This document shows, piece after piece, positions 43,475 through 53,279 of a stretch of 58,489 nucleotides of DNA. Each line of letters opens with the position of its first letter. The stretch's first letter is position 1. The stretch comes from Dethiobacteria bacterium (GTDB taxonomy: Bacteria > Bacillota > Dethiobacteria > DTU022 > UBA8154), in assembly GCA_050942615.1 (NCBI GenBank), contig JBMNNQ010000003.1:1-58489 (forward strand), written 5' to 3'. The notes beneath the pieces are model-generated. The model was not told the DNA's origin. It did not search any database and worked only from the letters and a program-made list of their open reading frames with translations. The position numbers and the translations under genes were made by a program.

Positions 43475-43945
43475 ATGGCCTGGTTTAAATTTACCCCCCG
43501 GCAGATCGCCCGTACCGGTGCAATTGCCGGCCTTTATCTTGCTTTAACTTTTTTATTTTCCGGCATTAGTTTTGGACCGCTGCAGGTCCGCATCGCCGAA
43601 GCCCTGACCCTGCTGCCCATTCTTTTTCCGGAGGCTGTCCCCGCCCTATTCTTAGGCTGTTTTTTAGCCAATCTGCTGGGACCTTACGGCGCAGTGGATA
43701 TTGTTTTTGGCAGCCTGACCACGCTACTGGCCGCTTTGCTAACCTACCGCTTTCGCCGCCTGCCGCTGGGCTGGTTGAGCCCCATTGTTTGCAACGCTTT
43801 GGGCGTCAGCCTTTACCTTTATGCTTTTTTCCGCATACCCTACTGGCCTACCGTCCTGACGATCGGCCTGGGGGAAAGCATAGCCGTCCTGGCTTTGGGG
43901 CTCCCCCTTTTACACCTGCTCAAAACCCGTGAAAAACAGCGTTAA
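43475..43945 (+). CDS. queT: QueT family queuosine-precursor transporter (ECF S-component-like)
   Basis: 156-aa ORF behind AAAGGTGGTG, with 5 TM helices. IARTGAIAGLYLALTFLF..ISFGPLQVRIAEALTLLP is typical of QueT. Confidence 0.75.
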   Translation: MAWFKFTPRQIARTGAIAGLYLALTFLFSGISFGPLQVRIAEALTLLPILFPEAVPALFLGCFLANLLGPYGAVDIVFGSLTTLLAALLTYRFRRLPLGWLSPIVCNALGVSLYLYAFFRIPYWPTVLTIGLGESIAVLALGLPLLHLLKTREKQR

Positions 43946-43989
43946 AAAAGCGCTGCCGGCCTGGCAATGCCACAGCCGGCAGCGCTTTT
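43946..43989. terminator. Bidirectional terminator between queT and the convergent LysM-protein gene
   Basis: 15-bp perfect stem aaaagcgctgccggc (43946-43960) / gccggcagcgctttt (43975-43989). A/T runs form both stem ends, so either strand reads hairpin plus U-tract. Confidence 0.7.
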
Positions 43990-44115
43990 CAACCCTCTTA
44001 AAAGGCCCTTGCTGTTCCCGGGGAATACTGCACGAAACAATACAGGTACAGATATATATTAAAATATATGAAACAACGGGTGCTTTTGACGCTCGTTAAC
44101 AGGCCTGATCTTTTT

Positions 44116-45699
44116 CTATTCCGGTACAATAAAGCTGTCGCCAAAGAGCAAGGGCAGCAGCAGCCTTTGCCCGTTTTCCAGGGCTGCATCCTCTTCCAAG
44201 TCATTGGCAGCAGCAATTGTCTGGGGCCGCAAACCATAAGCCCGGCCAATTTTCAAAAGGGTATCCCCCGGCCGGACGGCGTAGATCACCATGCTTGTTC
44301 CCGGAGGCACCCTTTGGGGGATAACCACCGCTACTTCCTGCATTTCCCAAGCCCTGACCTCTAAAAGAGCATGACTAATCTGCAGGGTATCATTTTCTGT
44401 GGGGGCAAACTCTGTTCCCTGCGGCTGAAAATAGGCCACCGCCGCCGCATCCGGGCTGACCCCGGGCAAATAAAATTCACTCATAAATTCGTCATTTACC
44501 TGCAGCACAAAAGGCAGGCCTGCCCCTGCAACTTCATCATCCTCTGCAAACTCCTTTTCCACAGCCGGCAGATAGTAAATGTCCTTTTCCAGTGTACCGC
44601 TAACGTGAATTCGATCCTCCTGCACATTTACCAGCAAATCCTGCAGGCAGCAAAAACCGGCCGCTGTTTCCCGCGGAAAAGGAACAGTCAGCTTCTGCAC
44701 CAGCTCCAAAGGTTCCCGGGCAGTGCCGATGGTTTTAGGCAGCAGTAGGAATTCTTTTTTGACATCAATGCCTTCCAGATCGGTAACTACCTCCTGTTGG
44801 GCCAGACGTGTAGCCCTGCAAAAAACTTCAATTGTCGTTTCATAGTTTGCCTTTTTTTCTGCAGCCACACAAACGGCTTCTTTTATACCCGGGAAAAAAC
44901 TTACCTGCAGTCCCTTTTTCTGTTCAGGAAAAGGCAGCTGCCGGTTAAACTGTTGCCTTTTTTCCTGAATGCGGCCCTCCCCTCCCGCCATAACATAAAT
45001 AGAGGTAACCAATTCCCCTTTAAAAATTATTTCCTCCGGGCCCCATTCATAATCAAAACCATGCAGGTAGCTGTTAATAATCCGGATAAAATTCAGATCT
45101 TCAGCAAAATCTTCCTCTTGTGTCAGGGAAAATTCCAGTACTTCCTCAAAGGCCAATTCTTCAACATTGAGAAGATCACGACTGACCTTTTCCGGGGGGA
45201 AATCCTTGACCCCCACGGCCACCTCCAGCTGTTGCGGATCGACTGCGGCTACAAAGACCTCCACCTCTATCTGCAGGCGGTAAAGCAGTTTACCTTCCGC
45301 CTCCAGGGGTGCCCCTTCCTGGCCCAAAAAAGAAATCCTGCCGTAAGCCGTTGTTTCCATTCCCGGCAAGGCCCCCGGCAATACAGCTTCGCTGTAAAGT
45401 TCTGCCTCCTGCCAGGTCAGCTCTTTAATCCCTGCCTCACCATAAAAAAACGCCCTGCCTGCCAGGCTGCCCTGCACTGCAACTCTGTCTTTTTCATTAA
45501 TCCTGGCCTCCAGCCCGCCGAGCCATGCTGAAACATTACCTAAAGGAAAAGGCTTGCCCCTGTCCCTGGCCGGTTCATCTTCCAGCAGCAGATCCTTGGT
45601 AAAAGAAAAGCGCAAGACCGCTTCCCCAACCAATACCTTATAATGAAGATCTGTTGTCAGTAGATCAATTTTATCCTTTTTTGCGCTCCTGCTCATCAT
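44116..45699 (-). CDS. DUF3794 (SPOCS-like) repeat protein with a C-terminal LysM domain, probably sporulation-associated
   Basis: 527-aa ORF. The C-terminal LysM is YAVRPGDTLLKIGRAYGLRPQTIAAANDLEEDAALENGQRLLLP. The N-terminal beta-rich repeats are as seen in clostridial DUF3794/LysM proteins. Confidence 0.65.
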   Translation of the reverse strand: MMSRSAKKDKIDLLTTDLHYKVLVGEAVLRFSFTKDLLLEDEPARDRGKPFPLGNVSAWLGGLEARINEKDRVAVQGSLAGRAFFYGEAGIKELTWQEAELYSEAVLPGALPGMETTAYGRISFLGQEGAPLEAEGKLLYRLQIEVEVFVAAVDPQQLEVAVGVKDFPPEKVSRDLLNVEELAFEEVLEFSLTQEEDFAEDLNFIRIINSYLHGFDYEWGPEEIIFKGELVTSIYVMAGGEGRIQEKRQQFNRQLPFPEQKKGLQVSFFPGIKEAVCVAAEKKANYETTIEVFCRATRLAQQEVVTDLEGIDVKKEFLLLPKTIGTAREPLELVQKLTVPFPRETAAGFCCLQDLLVNVQEDRIHVSGTLEKDIYYLPAVEKEFAEDDEVAGAGLPFVLQVNDEFMSEFYLPGVSPDAAAVAYFQPQGTEFAPTENDTLQISHALLEVRAWEMQEVAVVIPQRVPPGTSMVIYAVRPGDTLLKIGRAYGLRPQTIAAANDLEEDAALENGQRLLLPLLFGDSFIVPE

Positions 45700-45785
45700 C
45701 CTTCCTCCTTATCTACGGTATACAACTGCTCATCTAATCCTATTAGGCTAAAAATTAAATTATGCCTAACAGTCGCCGGCCATGA

Positions 45786-45816
45786 AATAAAAAATTCCCG
45801 TCACTAAAACGGGAAT
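45786..45816 (-). terminator. Rho-independent terminator after veg
   Basis: The minus strand reads ATTCCCGT-tttagtg-ACGGGAAT followed by TTTTTTATTT. Confidence 0.65.
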
Positions 45817-45963
45817 AAAAAAATATATATTATATAGAGAGATATTTTACAAAACAATCTTTAAGTGTAAATAAGATTTAATAGAACCGGGAAAGCTGAA
45901 ACCTGAATTATAAGTTTTCCGAAGAGCTGGGATTTCCAGTTGTCTTTCCGGCTCCCCGCAACC

Positions 45964-46245
45964 TTATTTGCCGGCACAGGAAGCAATTTTCTGGTCGTCA
46001 GCCCCGTAACCGTGTAGCCTGAGTTCTACTGTGGAAGTAAGGACATCAGCATAGGTGAAAGAAAGCCTTTGGAAGTAGTTTTTTTCATCGACACGAATTA
46101 CAAAAATGGAGGGATACGTATTTTCCAGAACCCCCACTTTTTCAAAAGTCCTTCTCCGCCCCCGGTTCGCCCGCAGCTTGATTTTTTTCCCGACGTGGGT
46201 TTCAAGCTCTTTACGGATCTGACCCAAGGGATTTTTAGCGGTCAT
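45964..46245 (-). CDS. veg: Veg protein (biofilm formation stimulator)
   Basis: 93-aa ORF. IRKELETHVGKKIKLRANRGRRRTFEKVGVLENTYPSIFVIRVD...RLSFTYADVLTSTVEL aligns closely with B. subtilis Veg. Confidence 0.9.
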   Translation of the reverse strand: MTAKNPLGQIRKELETHVGKKIKLRANRGRRRTFEKVGVLENTYPSIFVIRVDEKNYFQRLSFTYADVLTSTVELRLHGYGADDQKIASCAGK

Positions 46246-46265
46246 ACTTACATCACCTCATACCG

Positions 46266-46294
46266 ATTTTAACATATATGAGGAAGTTTGTCAA
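46266..46294 (-). promoter_or_regulatory. Strong sigma-A promoter of veg
   Basis: The minus strand reads TTGACA (46294-46289), a 17-nt spacer ending in TGT, then TAAAAT (46271-46266). This is an extended -10 arrangement. Confidence 0.6.
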
Positions 46295-46374
46295 GCAAAA
46301 TGCTTATTTTACCTGAAATTAAGCTTATTTAGGGGGTTTTTCATGAGTTTACTCTATTTTTTTTATTTTAAAAC

Positions 46375-46851
46375 TTATTTAGTATATCGATCGGCCACTT
46401 TGGTAGCCCCGTAGGAATCAGGTTTTATGCGGGCATCAAAACCACTACCGATGACCATACCCACCACTTCTTTAATCAGCTCGCGCGTGTCACCTTTTTC
46501 ACCGACATCCAAATGTATTTCCACATTCAGATGCGCATAGCCGTTTTCGGAAAGAAGGTTGGTAAAACGCCCCGCAACCTCCAAGCTCAAAGATGTTTCA
46601 AAAAAGATGCGCTGGCGTAAGCTCTGCAGGAAATACTGTTTTTTCCGGCAGAAAAAAAAGCGTCCTCCTTTGCCGACCCGGTGCACGATGATGGCTGTAA
46701 CAAAAATAACTTCTTTTCCAAGATGCGTTTGCGAGTCGGTGCCAATAATCAGCTTATATTGTTCCTGGGGCTGGTCCTTCATATAGGCAATAATTTCCGC
46801 AAAAACCTCCTCCAGGGTCATTTTCCCCTTGGTAGGACTGCAAAAAATCAT
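46375..46851 (-). CDS. YkuK family RNase H-like protein (DUF458)
   Basis: 158-aa ORF. FCSPTKGKMTLEEV...YKLIIGTDSQ....VIFVTAIIVHRVGKGGRFF is the DUF458 signature. Confidence 0.7.
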   Translation of the reverse strand: MIFCSPTKGKMTLEEVFAEIIAYMKDQPQEQYKLIIGTDSQTHLGKEVIFVTAIIVHRVGKGGRFFFCRKKQYFLQSLRQRIFFETSLSLEVAGRFTNLLSENGYAHLNVEIHLDVGEKGDTRELIKEVVGMVIGSGFDARIKPDSYGATKVADRYTK

Positions 46852-46905
46852 TATTACTGCCCTTCTTTCTTTTCCCCTTTAAATGCAAAAAATTAAGCTT
46901 CTGCC

Positions 46906-47838
46906 CTAATTATAAAACATCTCGCTCAAGTTTGCAAATTCACCCAAGGTCAGTGTTTCTCCCCGTCTTTGGGGCGCAATGCCCTGGGCCAGAAGCATTT
47001 TTTCCCAGGCTGCCTTGTTGAGATCCCCCACACCGGCCAAGGCATTCAGGATGGTCTTCCTTCTTTTTTGAAAGGCCGCGCGTACTATCTGCCAGAAAGC
47101 CTCCTCATGCTGAATCCTTACGGCGGGAAACGGCAGAGGTTCCAGCGCCACCACAGCGGAACCCACCCGGGGCGCAGGGTAAAAAACATGGCGTGAAACT
47201 TTGAAAAGCAGCCGGGGTTTGGTATAGAACTGGCAGAGGACAGAAAGCAGGCCGTAATCCTTGCCTCCCGGGAGGGCAATGATGCGTTCGGCAACCTCAA
47301 ACTGCACCATCAGCACCAAGAGCTTTAAAGGTAGCTGCCCCTGTAAAAGTTGGAAAAGAAGCGGCGTCACCAGGTAATACGGCAGGTTGGCCACAATTTT
47401 TACCGCAAGGTCAGCATGTTCTTTCCCGGAAAACTTTGTACCCCAGTGTGTGCGGGAAACCTGCGCCAAGTCCAGCCGGCGCACATCCCCGGTGACCACT
47501 GACAGGTTATCAACTTTTCGCAAGCAGGCTTGCTCTTTTAAAACAGCGGCCAATCCGGCATCCCATTCCACGGCAATAACCCCGGCGGCCCGTTCAGCCA
47601 ACAAGAACGACAGGGCGCCGGGACCGGCGCCAATATCGATCACCAGATCTTCCCCGGTTAACCCTGCCGCATCAACAATTTTTTTTAGGATGTTTTCATC
47701 AATTAGAAAATGCTGGCCCAAGGAACGACGGGGCCGCAGCTTTTTTTCCTGCAGAATTTTTTGCAGGTAAACAGGGGATGTCATTTTCCCGATGGATGTT
47801 CTTTCCTTTTTACTCCCCTTTTTTTCACTATCGATCAT
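46906..47838 (-). CDS. rsmA: 16S rRNA (adenine1518-N6/adenine1519-N6)-dimethyltransferase
   Basis: ATG at 47838 follows GAGAGGAAAG (the ORF is open to a TTG at 47856). Motifs: RRSLGQHFL.DENIL, VIDIGAGPGALS, VANLPYY. Confidence 0.93.
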   Translation of the reverse strand: MIDSEKKGSKKERTSIGKMTSPVYLQKILQEKKLRPRRSLGQHFLIDENILKKIVDAAGLTGEDLVIDIGAGPGALSFLLAERAAGVIAVEWDAGLAAVLKEQACLRKVDNLSVVTGDVRRLDLAQVSRTHWGTKFSGKEHADLAVKIVANLPYYLVTPLLFQLLQGQLPLKLLVLMVQFEVAERIIALPGGKDYGLLSVLCQFYTKPRLLFKVSRHVFYPAPRVGSAVVALEPLPFPAVRIQHEEAFWQIVRAAFQKRRKTILNALAGVGDLNKAAWEKMLLAQGIAPQRRGETLTLGEFANLSEMFYN

Positions 47839-47954
47839 TAAAAACTTTCCTCTCAATATTTATTGGTAAAAACCTTTAACCCGGCTTATAATATATAAAG
47901 ATCAAACCGGGCAAATCATGGCACCGTGTTGCCCCGGCATAAAGGAGCCTTAAA

Positions 47955-48617
47955 ATGATTCCTCTGCGTGATAGTATGCGAACACAGCGCTACCCCTATG
48001 TGAATATATTACTTATTTTTGTTAATTTCGCCCTTTTTTTCTACCAGATGACCCTTAGCAATGAACAATTAACTGCACTTTTTTTTCGCTTTGGGGTCAT
48101 CCCGCAAAATTTTATTTTCCAGCAGGGAAATTTGGTGTTTCCCTTGTTGGGATCCATGTTTCTACATGGCGGCTGGTTTCACCTTTTAGGCAATATGCTC
48201 TACCTCTGGGTTTTTGGTGATAACGTTGAAGACCGCATGGGCCGTGGCGCATACCTTCTTTTCTATCTAGCCGCCGGTATAACAGCCAGTTTGGTCCATA
48301 TTGCCGCCAACCCCCAGTCTGCCATCCCGACAATCGGTGCCAGCGGCGCCATCGCCGGTGTTCTTGGCGCCTACTTTATCCTTTTCCCCCGCGCCCGGGT
48401 ACTCACCCTGATTCCCATCGGCTTTTTTCTGACCACAGCCCGCCTGCCTGCTGTTATTTTCCTTTTTCTCTGGTTTTTCATGCAGCTTTTCAACGCTTTG
48501 GCGGCAGCGGCTACGGCAGCCCAGATGGTTGCCTGGTGGGCACATATCGGCGGGTTTTTAGCAGGTATTGTTGCCGGCATCGTTACCCTGCTATACAGAA
48601 GGATCACAGCGGGCTGA
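47955..48617 (+). CDS. Rhomboid family intramembrane serine protease
   Basis: 220-aa ORF. Motifs: HGGWFHLLGNMLYLWVFG, catalytic GASGAIAGVLGAY, and a later H (AHIGGFLAG). Confidence 0.9.
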   Translation: MIPLRDSMRTQRYPYVNILLIFVNFALFFYQMTLSNEQLTALFFRFGVIPQNFIFQQGNLVFPLLGSMFLHGGWFHLLGNMLYLWVFGDNVEDRMGRGAYLLFYLAAGITASLVHIAANPQSAIPTIGASGAIAGVLGAYFILFPRARVLTLIPIGFFLTTARLPAVIFLFLWFFMQLFNALAAAATAAQMVAWWAHIGGFLAGIVAGIVTLLYRRITAG

Positions 48618-49382
48618 AACCCGGGCCAGGACCGCCACGCTGACTTTCCCGGCACCGGCCTTTTTTAAAACCAGGGATGCCTCCTGCACAGTCGCCCCCG
48701 AAGTTAAAACATCGTCGATCAACAGCAGCCGGCTGCCGGGCGGGAACCTCTGCCTGCAGTGAAAAGCACCCTGCAGGTTTTCCCGGCGCTGTTCTTTGTT
48801 CAACCCTGTCTGGCTTTGGGTTTCTTTAACCCGTTGAAGGGCCTCCCTGACCGGCAGGCCCAGCTTCTTGCCCACTACCCCGGCCAACAGTGCAGATTGG
48901 TTATAGCCGCGCTGTAAAAGACGCTGCCGGTGCAGGGGAACCGGCACTAGAAATTGCACGGCCGAAAACTGCGGCTGCCGGAAAATTTTGCCGTACAGCA
49001 GCAAGCCCAAGGGGCCGGCCAGCGACTTTTGGCCGTAGTATTTAAAGCGATGCAGCGCCTTGCGCAGCCCACCCTGATAACTGCCCAAGGCTGTGCAGGC
49101 CTCAAAAGCATACTTAACACCACGGCAGGCACTGCATACCGTTTCTCTTTCCCTTAAAATGCTGCCACAGCGCGGGCAGCTGTTTTGAAACCAGGGCAGT
49201 TCAGTTGCACAACGCCGGCAAAGCAGTTCCTCCCACCCCTCTGCAGTGCTAGCGGCAGCACCGCCTGCATCAACTGCAGGCGCAGCGGTGCTTTTAGCGT
49301 TTAAAAGTATGTCACAAAAAATACACCGTGGCGGGTAAAGCAAGTTTAAAAGAAACCTGACGATAGTAGGCAAGCAAAACAC
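48591..49382 (-). CDS. comFC: ComF family protein (ComFC-like phosphoribosyltransferase domain)
   Basis: 263-aa ORF. N-terminal zinc-finger cysteines (YPPRCIFC...CRRC...CPRCG...CSAC). PRTase motif LLLIDDVLTSGAT. Confidence 0.8.
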   Translation of the reverse strand: MFCLPTIVRFLLNLLYPPRCIFCDILLNAKSTAAPAVDAGGAAASTAEGWEELLCRRCATELPWFQNSCPRCGSILRERETVCSACRGVKYAFEACTALGSYQGGLRKALHRFKYYGQKSLAGPLGLLLYGKIFRQPQFSAVQFLVPVPLHRQRLLQRGYNQSALLAGVVGKKLGLPVREALQRVKETQSQTGLNKEQRRENLQGAFHCRQRFPPGSRLLLIDDVLTSGATVQEASLVLKKAGAGKVSVAVLARVSARCDPSV

Positions 49383-49416
49383 ACCTTGAAAAGTATTTTA
49401 CCGGCTGAAGACAGCT

Positions 49417-51660
49417 TCAGGGACCCCGGGCCCTTAAACGCCCGTCCAAATTGCTGTAACGTTTTTCAACCTTGTTGTTACCGACAGCAATAGCAACCGC
49501 TTGCGGGGTGCCGACCAGGACCACCAGCCTCTTGGCCCGGGTGATACCGGTGTAGAGCAGATTGCGCTGTAAAAGAATGTAATGCTGGGTAACAACGGGC
49601 ATCACCACCGCCGGAAATTCACTTCCCTGACTTTTATGGACTGAAATGGCATAGGCTAAGGTCAGCTCATCCATTGCAGACAGATCATAGGCCACTTCCC
49701 TTGTTTCCTGCGACTCGGGATAAGCAACAACGAGCTCCCCTTCTTCCGGATCCACAAAGCTAATGCGCCCGGCATCACCGTTAAAGACCTCCTTGGTGTA
49801 GTTGTTGCGCAGCTGCATCACCTTGTCCCCCAGGCGCAGGGTCATCCCCCGGCTGACAACCTCTTTTTTATGCCTGGCCGGCGGGTTCAGCTCCTGCTGC
49901 AGGAGCTGGTTTAGCTTTTCCACCCCAACGGGTGTTTTACGCATGGGCGTCAAAACCTGAATTTCCTCCAGAGAATCAAAGGAAGCAAAAGCAGGCAGTC
50001 TTTCCCGGCAAAGATCGACAATGATACGGGCTACTTTTTCCGGGTTTTCTTCCCGGATGAAGAAAAAATCTTTCTGCTGCCGGTTGAAAAAGGGGAATTT
50101 TCCCTTGTTAATGCGGTGGGCATTGACGACGATCATACTTTCACGTGCCTGGCGAAAGATGGTTTGCAGGCGGATGCAGGGTATTGTTGCAGAAGCAATC
50201 AGGTCACGCAAAACGTTGCCGGCCCCCACAGCCGGCAGCTGATCCACGTCTCCCACCAGAATCAGCCGGCAGCCGGGGGGAAGGGCCTGCAGCAGGTTAT
50301 AAAAAAGCAGCAGATCGACCATGGAAACCTCATCCAAAATCAGCACATCGGCCGGCAGGGGGTTGTTCCGATCACGCTGAAAACAAAAGCCCTGTCCCTC
50401 CACAAAAGCATATTCTAAAAGGCGGTGAATAGTCCGGGCCTCCTGCCCGGTGGTTTCTGCCATTTTTTTGGCTGCACGGCCCGTAGGCGCCGCCAGCATA
50501 ATTTTACAGTTTTGGCGCTGAAACACTTTGAGCAACAGGCGGATGGTCGTAGTCTTCCCTGTTCCCGGCCCCCCCGTAATCACCGTCGCCCCGTGCCGGC
50601 AGGCTGCTTCAACCGCTGCCGTCTGTTCCGGCGCTAAAGTTAATTTCTCCTTCGCAATCACTTCCCGGATTATTCTTTTTTCTGCAGCAGCAAAAACAGG
50701 CTGCCTTTCCAGCAAAGAAAGCAGCCTTTCTGCCGTTCCTTTTTCGGCATAATAAAAGGGGGCCAGGTAGGCAACCTCTTCCCCTGCATCATTTTTTTCT
50801 ACAAAAATCTGGCGCCCGTCGCTTAGTTCCCGGATTTGCTCCTCGATCAGCCCGGGGAAAATACCCGGACAAGCACCATTTTCGCCAGTACTATCCCCGG
50901 CGGCGCCCCCGGCAGCATCTGCCGGGGAAAGGAGGAGCCCCATTAAGCTTGCCCGCAACTCTTTCACCGGTAAAAAAACATGCCCGGCGCCCGCCGCCTG
51001 ATCCAAAAGAAAAAGAACGGCAGCGCGTACCCGCTGGGGTGATGCAAAGGGCAAACCCAACTGCCGCGCGATTTTATCCGCCGTCAGAAAACCGATACCA
51101 AAAACCTCTGCGGCTAAATGATAGGGGTTTTCCTGCAGCAGGGCTAGCGTCCGCCGGCCGTAATGTTTAAACAATCTGACGGCCAAGGCAGAGCTGACCC
51201 CATAACTTTGCAGAAAAATCATCACTTCTTTAATTTCCTTATGGCGCAGGTAGCCCTGTTTAATCTGTTCGGTTTTTTTAGGGCCGATGCCGGGCACCTC
51301 CTGCAAACGTTCCGGGCAGTTTTCAATGACCTCCAGTATATCGAGGCCGAAGTGTTCTACCAACTGGTGTGCGGTGCGGGGGCCGACACCCTTAAGCAAC
51401 CCGGAGGCCAGGAAGCCGACCAGCCCTTTACGGGTTGTGGGAACCAGCGGCCCCCATTCCTTAACCTGAAACTGCCGGCCGTAACGCGGATGTACCTGCC
51501 AGTCACCTTTCAGGTACAGGCTTTCACCCACCTGCAGGGTCGGGAAATAGCCTACAAAGGTAACGCTGCTTTTTTCCTGCCGGCCGAGCCGGCCCACCAG
51601 GTAGGAGGTTTCCTGGCTGTAATAGGTAATGCGTTCCAAAACCCCCTCCAGAATTTCCAT
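49417..51660 (-). CDS. recD2: SF1B ATP-dependent RecD-like DNA helicase (RecD2)
   Basis: 747-aa ORF. HhH region (VPGIGPKKT). Walker A ITGGPGTGKTT. LILDEVSMVD, LVGDVDQLPAVGAG, SH3-like domain, and AISVHKSQGSEF...TRAKRLVVLVG. Confidence 0.9.
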   Translation of the reverse strand: MEILEGVLERITYYSQETSYLVGRLGRQEKSSVTFVGYFPTLQVGESLYLKGDWQVHPRYGRQFQVKEWGPLVPTTRKGLVGFLASGLLKGVGPRTAHQLVEHFGLDILEVIENCPERLQEVPGIGPKKTEQIKQGYLRHKEIKEVMIFLQSYGVSSALAVRLFKHYGRRTLALLQENPYHLAAEVFGIGFLTADKIARQLGLPFASPQRVRAAVLFLLDQAAGAGHVFLPVKELRASLMGLLLSPADAAGGAAGDSTGENGACPGIFPGLIEEQIRELSDGRQIFVEKNDAGEEVAYLAPFYYAEKGTAERLLSLLERQPVFAAAEKRIIREVIAKEKLTLAPEQTAAVEAACRHGATVITGGPGTGKTTTIRLLLKVFQRQNCKIMLAAPTGRAAKKMAETTGQEARTIHRLLEYAFVEGQGFCFQRDRNNPLPADVLILDEVSMVDLLLFYNLLQALPPGCRLILVGDVDQLPAVGAGNVLRDLIASATIPCIRLQTIFRQARESMIVVNAHRINKGKFPFFNRQQKDFFFIREENPEKVARIIVDLCRERLPAFASFDSLEEIQVLTPMRKTPVGVEKLNQLLQQELNPPARHKKEVVSRGMTLRLGDKVMQLRNNYTKEVFNGDAGRISFVDPEEGELVVAYPESQETREVAYDLSAMDELTLAYAISVHKSQGSEFPAVVMPVVTQHYILLQRNLLYTGITRAKRLVVLVGTPQAVAIAVGNNKVEKRYSNLDGRLRARGP

Positions 51661-51685
51661 GGCCCGTCCCCCTTAAAAAATTGTT

Positions 51686-52885
51686 TTATGAAAAGGCTTC
51701 CTGCCTTATAGCGGCAGCCCGGTCCGTTTTTTCCCAGGGCAGGTCCAAATCGTCCCGGCCAAAATGCCCGTAAGCAGCAACCTGCCGGTAAAGGGGGCGG
51801 CAGAGATCAAAGTGATCGATCATCGCTGCCGGGCGCAGATCAAAATGCTTGCGAATCAGTTTTTCAATCCTTTCCACCGGCACCTTTTCTGTACCAAAAG
51901 TCTCCACAAAAATAGAAACCGGTTGCGCCACCCCGATCACATAGGCCAATTCCAGTTCACATTTAGCCGCCAAACCGGCAGCAACAACATTTTTCGCCAC
52001 ATAACGCGCCGCATAATTGGCCGAACGGTCCACCTTGGTCGGATCTTTGCCGGACAAAGCACCCCCGCCATGGCGGGCATGGCCTCCGTAAGTATCCACG
52101 ATAATTTTGCGGCCCGTAAGCCCGGTATCACCCTGCGGACCTCCGACCACAAAACGCCCCGTAGCGTTAATCAAAATACGGGTTTGCCTGTCCATCAGCT
52201 CTGCGGGAATCACCTTGCGGATCACAGCCTGCATAAAGTCATCCCGCAGGCGTTCCAGGGAAATATCTTCCCGGTGCTGAGCGGCAAGGACGATGGTCGC
52301 AATACGTTGAGGCTTGCCGTCACGATATTCCACAGTCACCTGTGATTTTCCGTCAGGGCGCAGGTAGGACAATATTTTTTCCTTGCGCACCACGGCCAGC
52401 CGACGGGTCAGTTTATGGGCCAGGGCAATGGGCATCGGCATCAGTTCCGGGGTTTCGTCACAGGCGAAACCAAAAATAATCCCCTGATCGCCGGCGCCAA
52501 TCTGATCATAAGCGTTGTCCCGGCCGGCGCCGGTTTTAACTTCCAGAGACTCGTCAACCCCTAAAGCAATATCCGGAGACTGTTCATCAATGGAAGTCAG
52601 CACTGCGCAGGTATCCCCGTCAAAACCGTATTTAGCGCGCGTATAGCCGATTTCCTTCACTGTTTGGCGGGCAATTTTGGGGATATCCACATAACAAGCG
52701 GTCGTAATCTCCCCGGCAATAAAAATTAAACCGGTGGTTACCATGGTTTCCGCCGCCACCCTCCCCCGGGGATCCTCTTCCATAATAGCATCCAAGATAG
52801 CATCAGAAACCTGGTCGGCAACCTTGTCAGGGTGTCCCTCCGTTACAGATTCTGAAGTAAACAATACGGTACCGTCTCTTTTCAT
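51686..52885 (-). CDS. metK: Methionine adenosyltransferase
   Basis: ATG at 52885 gives [25 protein letters not shown]. Motifs: [28 protein letters not shown]. The ORF is open 4 codons further, to 52897. Confidence 0.97.
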   Translation of the reverse strand: MKRDGTVLFTSESVTEGHPDKVADQVSDAILDAIMEEDPRGRVAAETMVTTGLIFIAGEITTACYVDIPKIARQTVKEIGYTRAKYGFDGDTCAVLTSIDEQSPDIALGVDESLEVKTGAGRDNAYDQIGAGDQGIIFGFACDETPELMPMPIALAHKLTRRLAVVRKEKILSYLRPDGKSQVTVEYRDGKPQRIATIVLAAQHREDISLERLRDDFMQAVIRKVIPAELMDRQTRILINATGRFVVGGPQGDTGLTGRKIIVDTYGGHARHGGGALSGKDPTKVDRSANYAARYVAKNVVAAGLAAKCELELAYVIGVAQPVSIFVETFGTEKVPVERIEKLIRKHFDLRPAAMIDHFDLCRPLYRQVAAYGHFGRDDLDLPWEKTDRAAAIRQEAFS

Positions 52886-52918
52886 CCTGCTGCACACTCC
52901 TTTTCATGGGATACTGCT

Positions 52919-52954
52919 AAAAAACAAAAACCCCTTGCCCTGGTCAGCAAGAGG
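52919..52954 (-). terminator. Intrinsic terminator (expression platform of the metK SAM riboswitch)
   Basis: The minus strand reads CCTCTTGC-tgaccagg-GCAAGGGG followed by TTTTTGTTTTTT. The 5' arm ACCTCTT can alternatively pair with AAGAGGT from the 3' side of P1, forming an antiterminator. Confidence 0.85.
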
Positions 52955-52967
52955 TCACCGCAAACAC

Positions 52968-53127
52968 CTCTTATCTCCCAGGACGACAGCACAAACAGTC
53001 GGCCCGAGGGAATTGGCACCGGACAACCCGCTGCAGACGTGTTTACAAATATATTGTTCAACAACGCTGAAACGGGTTCGGTTGCCGGGGTTCATTGAGC
53101 CCATCTCTCCCCCACTCTGGATAAGAG
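52968..53127 (-). promoter_or_regulatory. SAM-I (S-box) riboswitch aptamer upstream of metK
   Basis: The minus strand reads CTCTTATCCAGAGTGGGGGAGAGATGGGCTCAATGAACCCCGGCAACC...GGTGCCAATTCC...GGGAGATAAGAG. This matches the S-box consensus blocks (CUUAUCaAGAG, GGAGGGA-like, GGCAACC, GGUGCcAAUUCC, AGAUAAG). Confidence 0.92.
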
Positions 53128-53189
53128 TTAAGTAAAACCACAATGGATATACTTAATTACACCAAAATACTATTATGTGCTACCCATCT

Positions 53190-53218
53190 ATGTTAATACG
53201 AAAGATATTTGTTGTCAA
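53190..53218 (-). promoter_or_regulatory. Putative promoter of the S-box/metK transcript
   Basis: The minus strand reads TTGACA (53218-53213), a 17-nt spacer, then TAACAT (53195-53190). This lies about 60 nt upstream of the aptamer. Confidence 0.4.
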
Positions 53219-53279
53219 CAGCAACAATTTTTCCCTGTGGTCATTTCCCTTTAATGTTATACCCAATTTATTACAGGTC

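Noticed and set aside
48591-48617. 27-nt overlap of the convergent rhomboid and comF 3' ends
   Set aside because: Both ORFs are well supported, and short convergent overlaps are common. There is no evidence of special function beyond the lack of a terminator between them.
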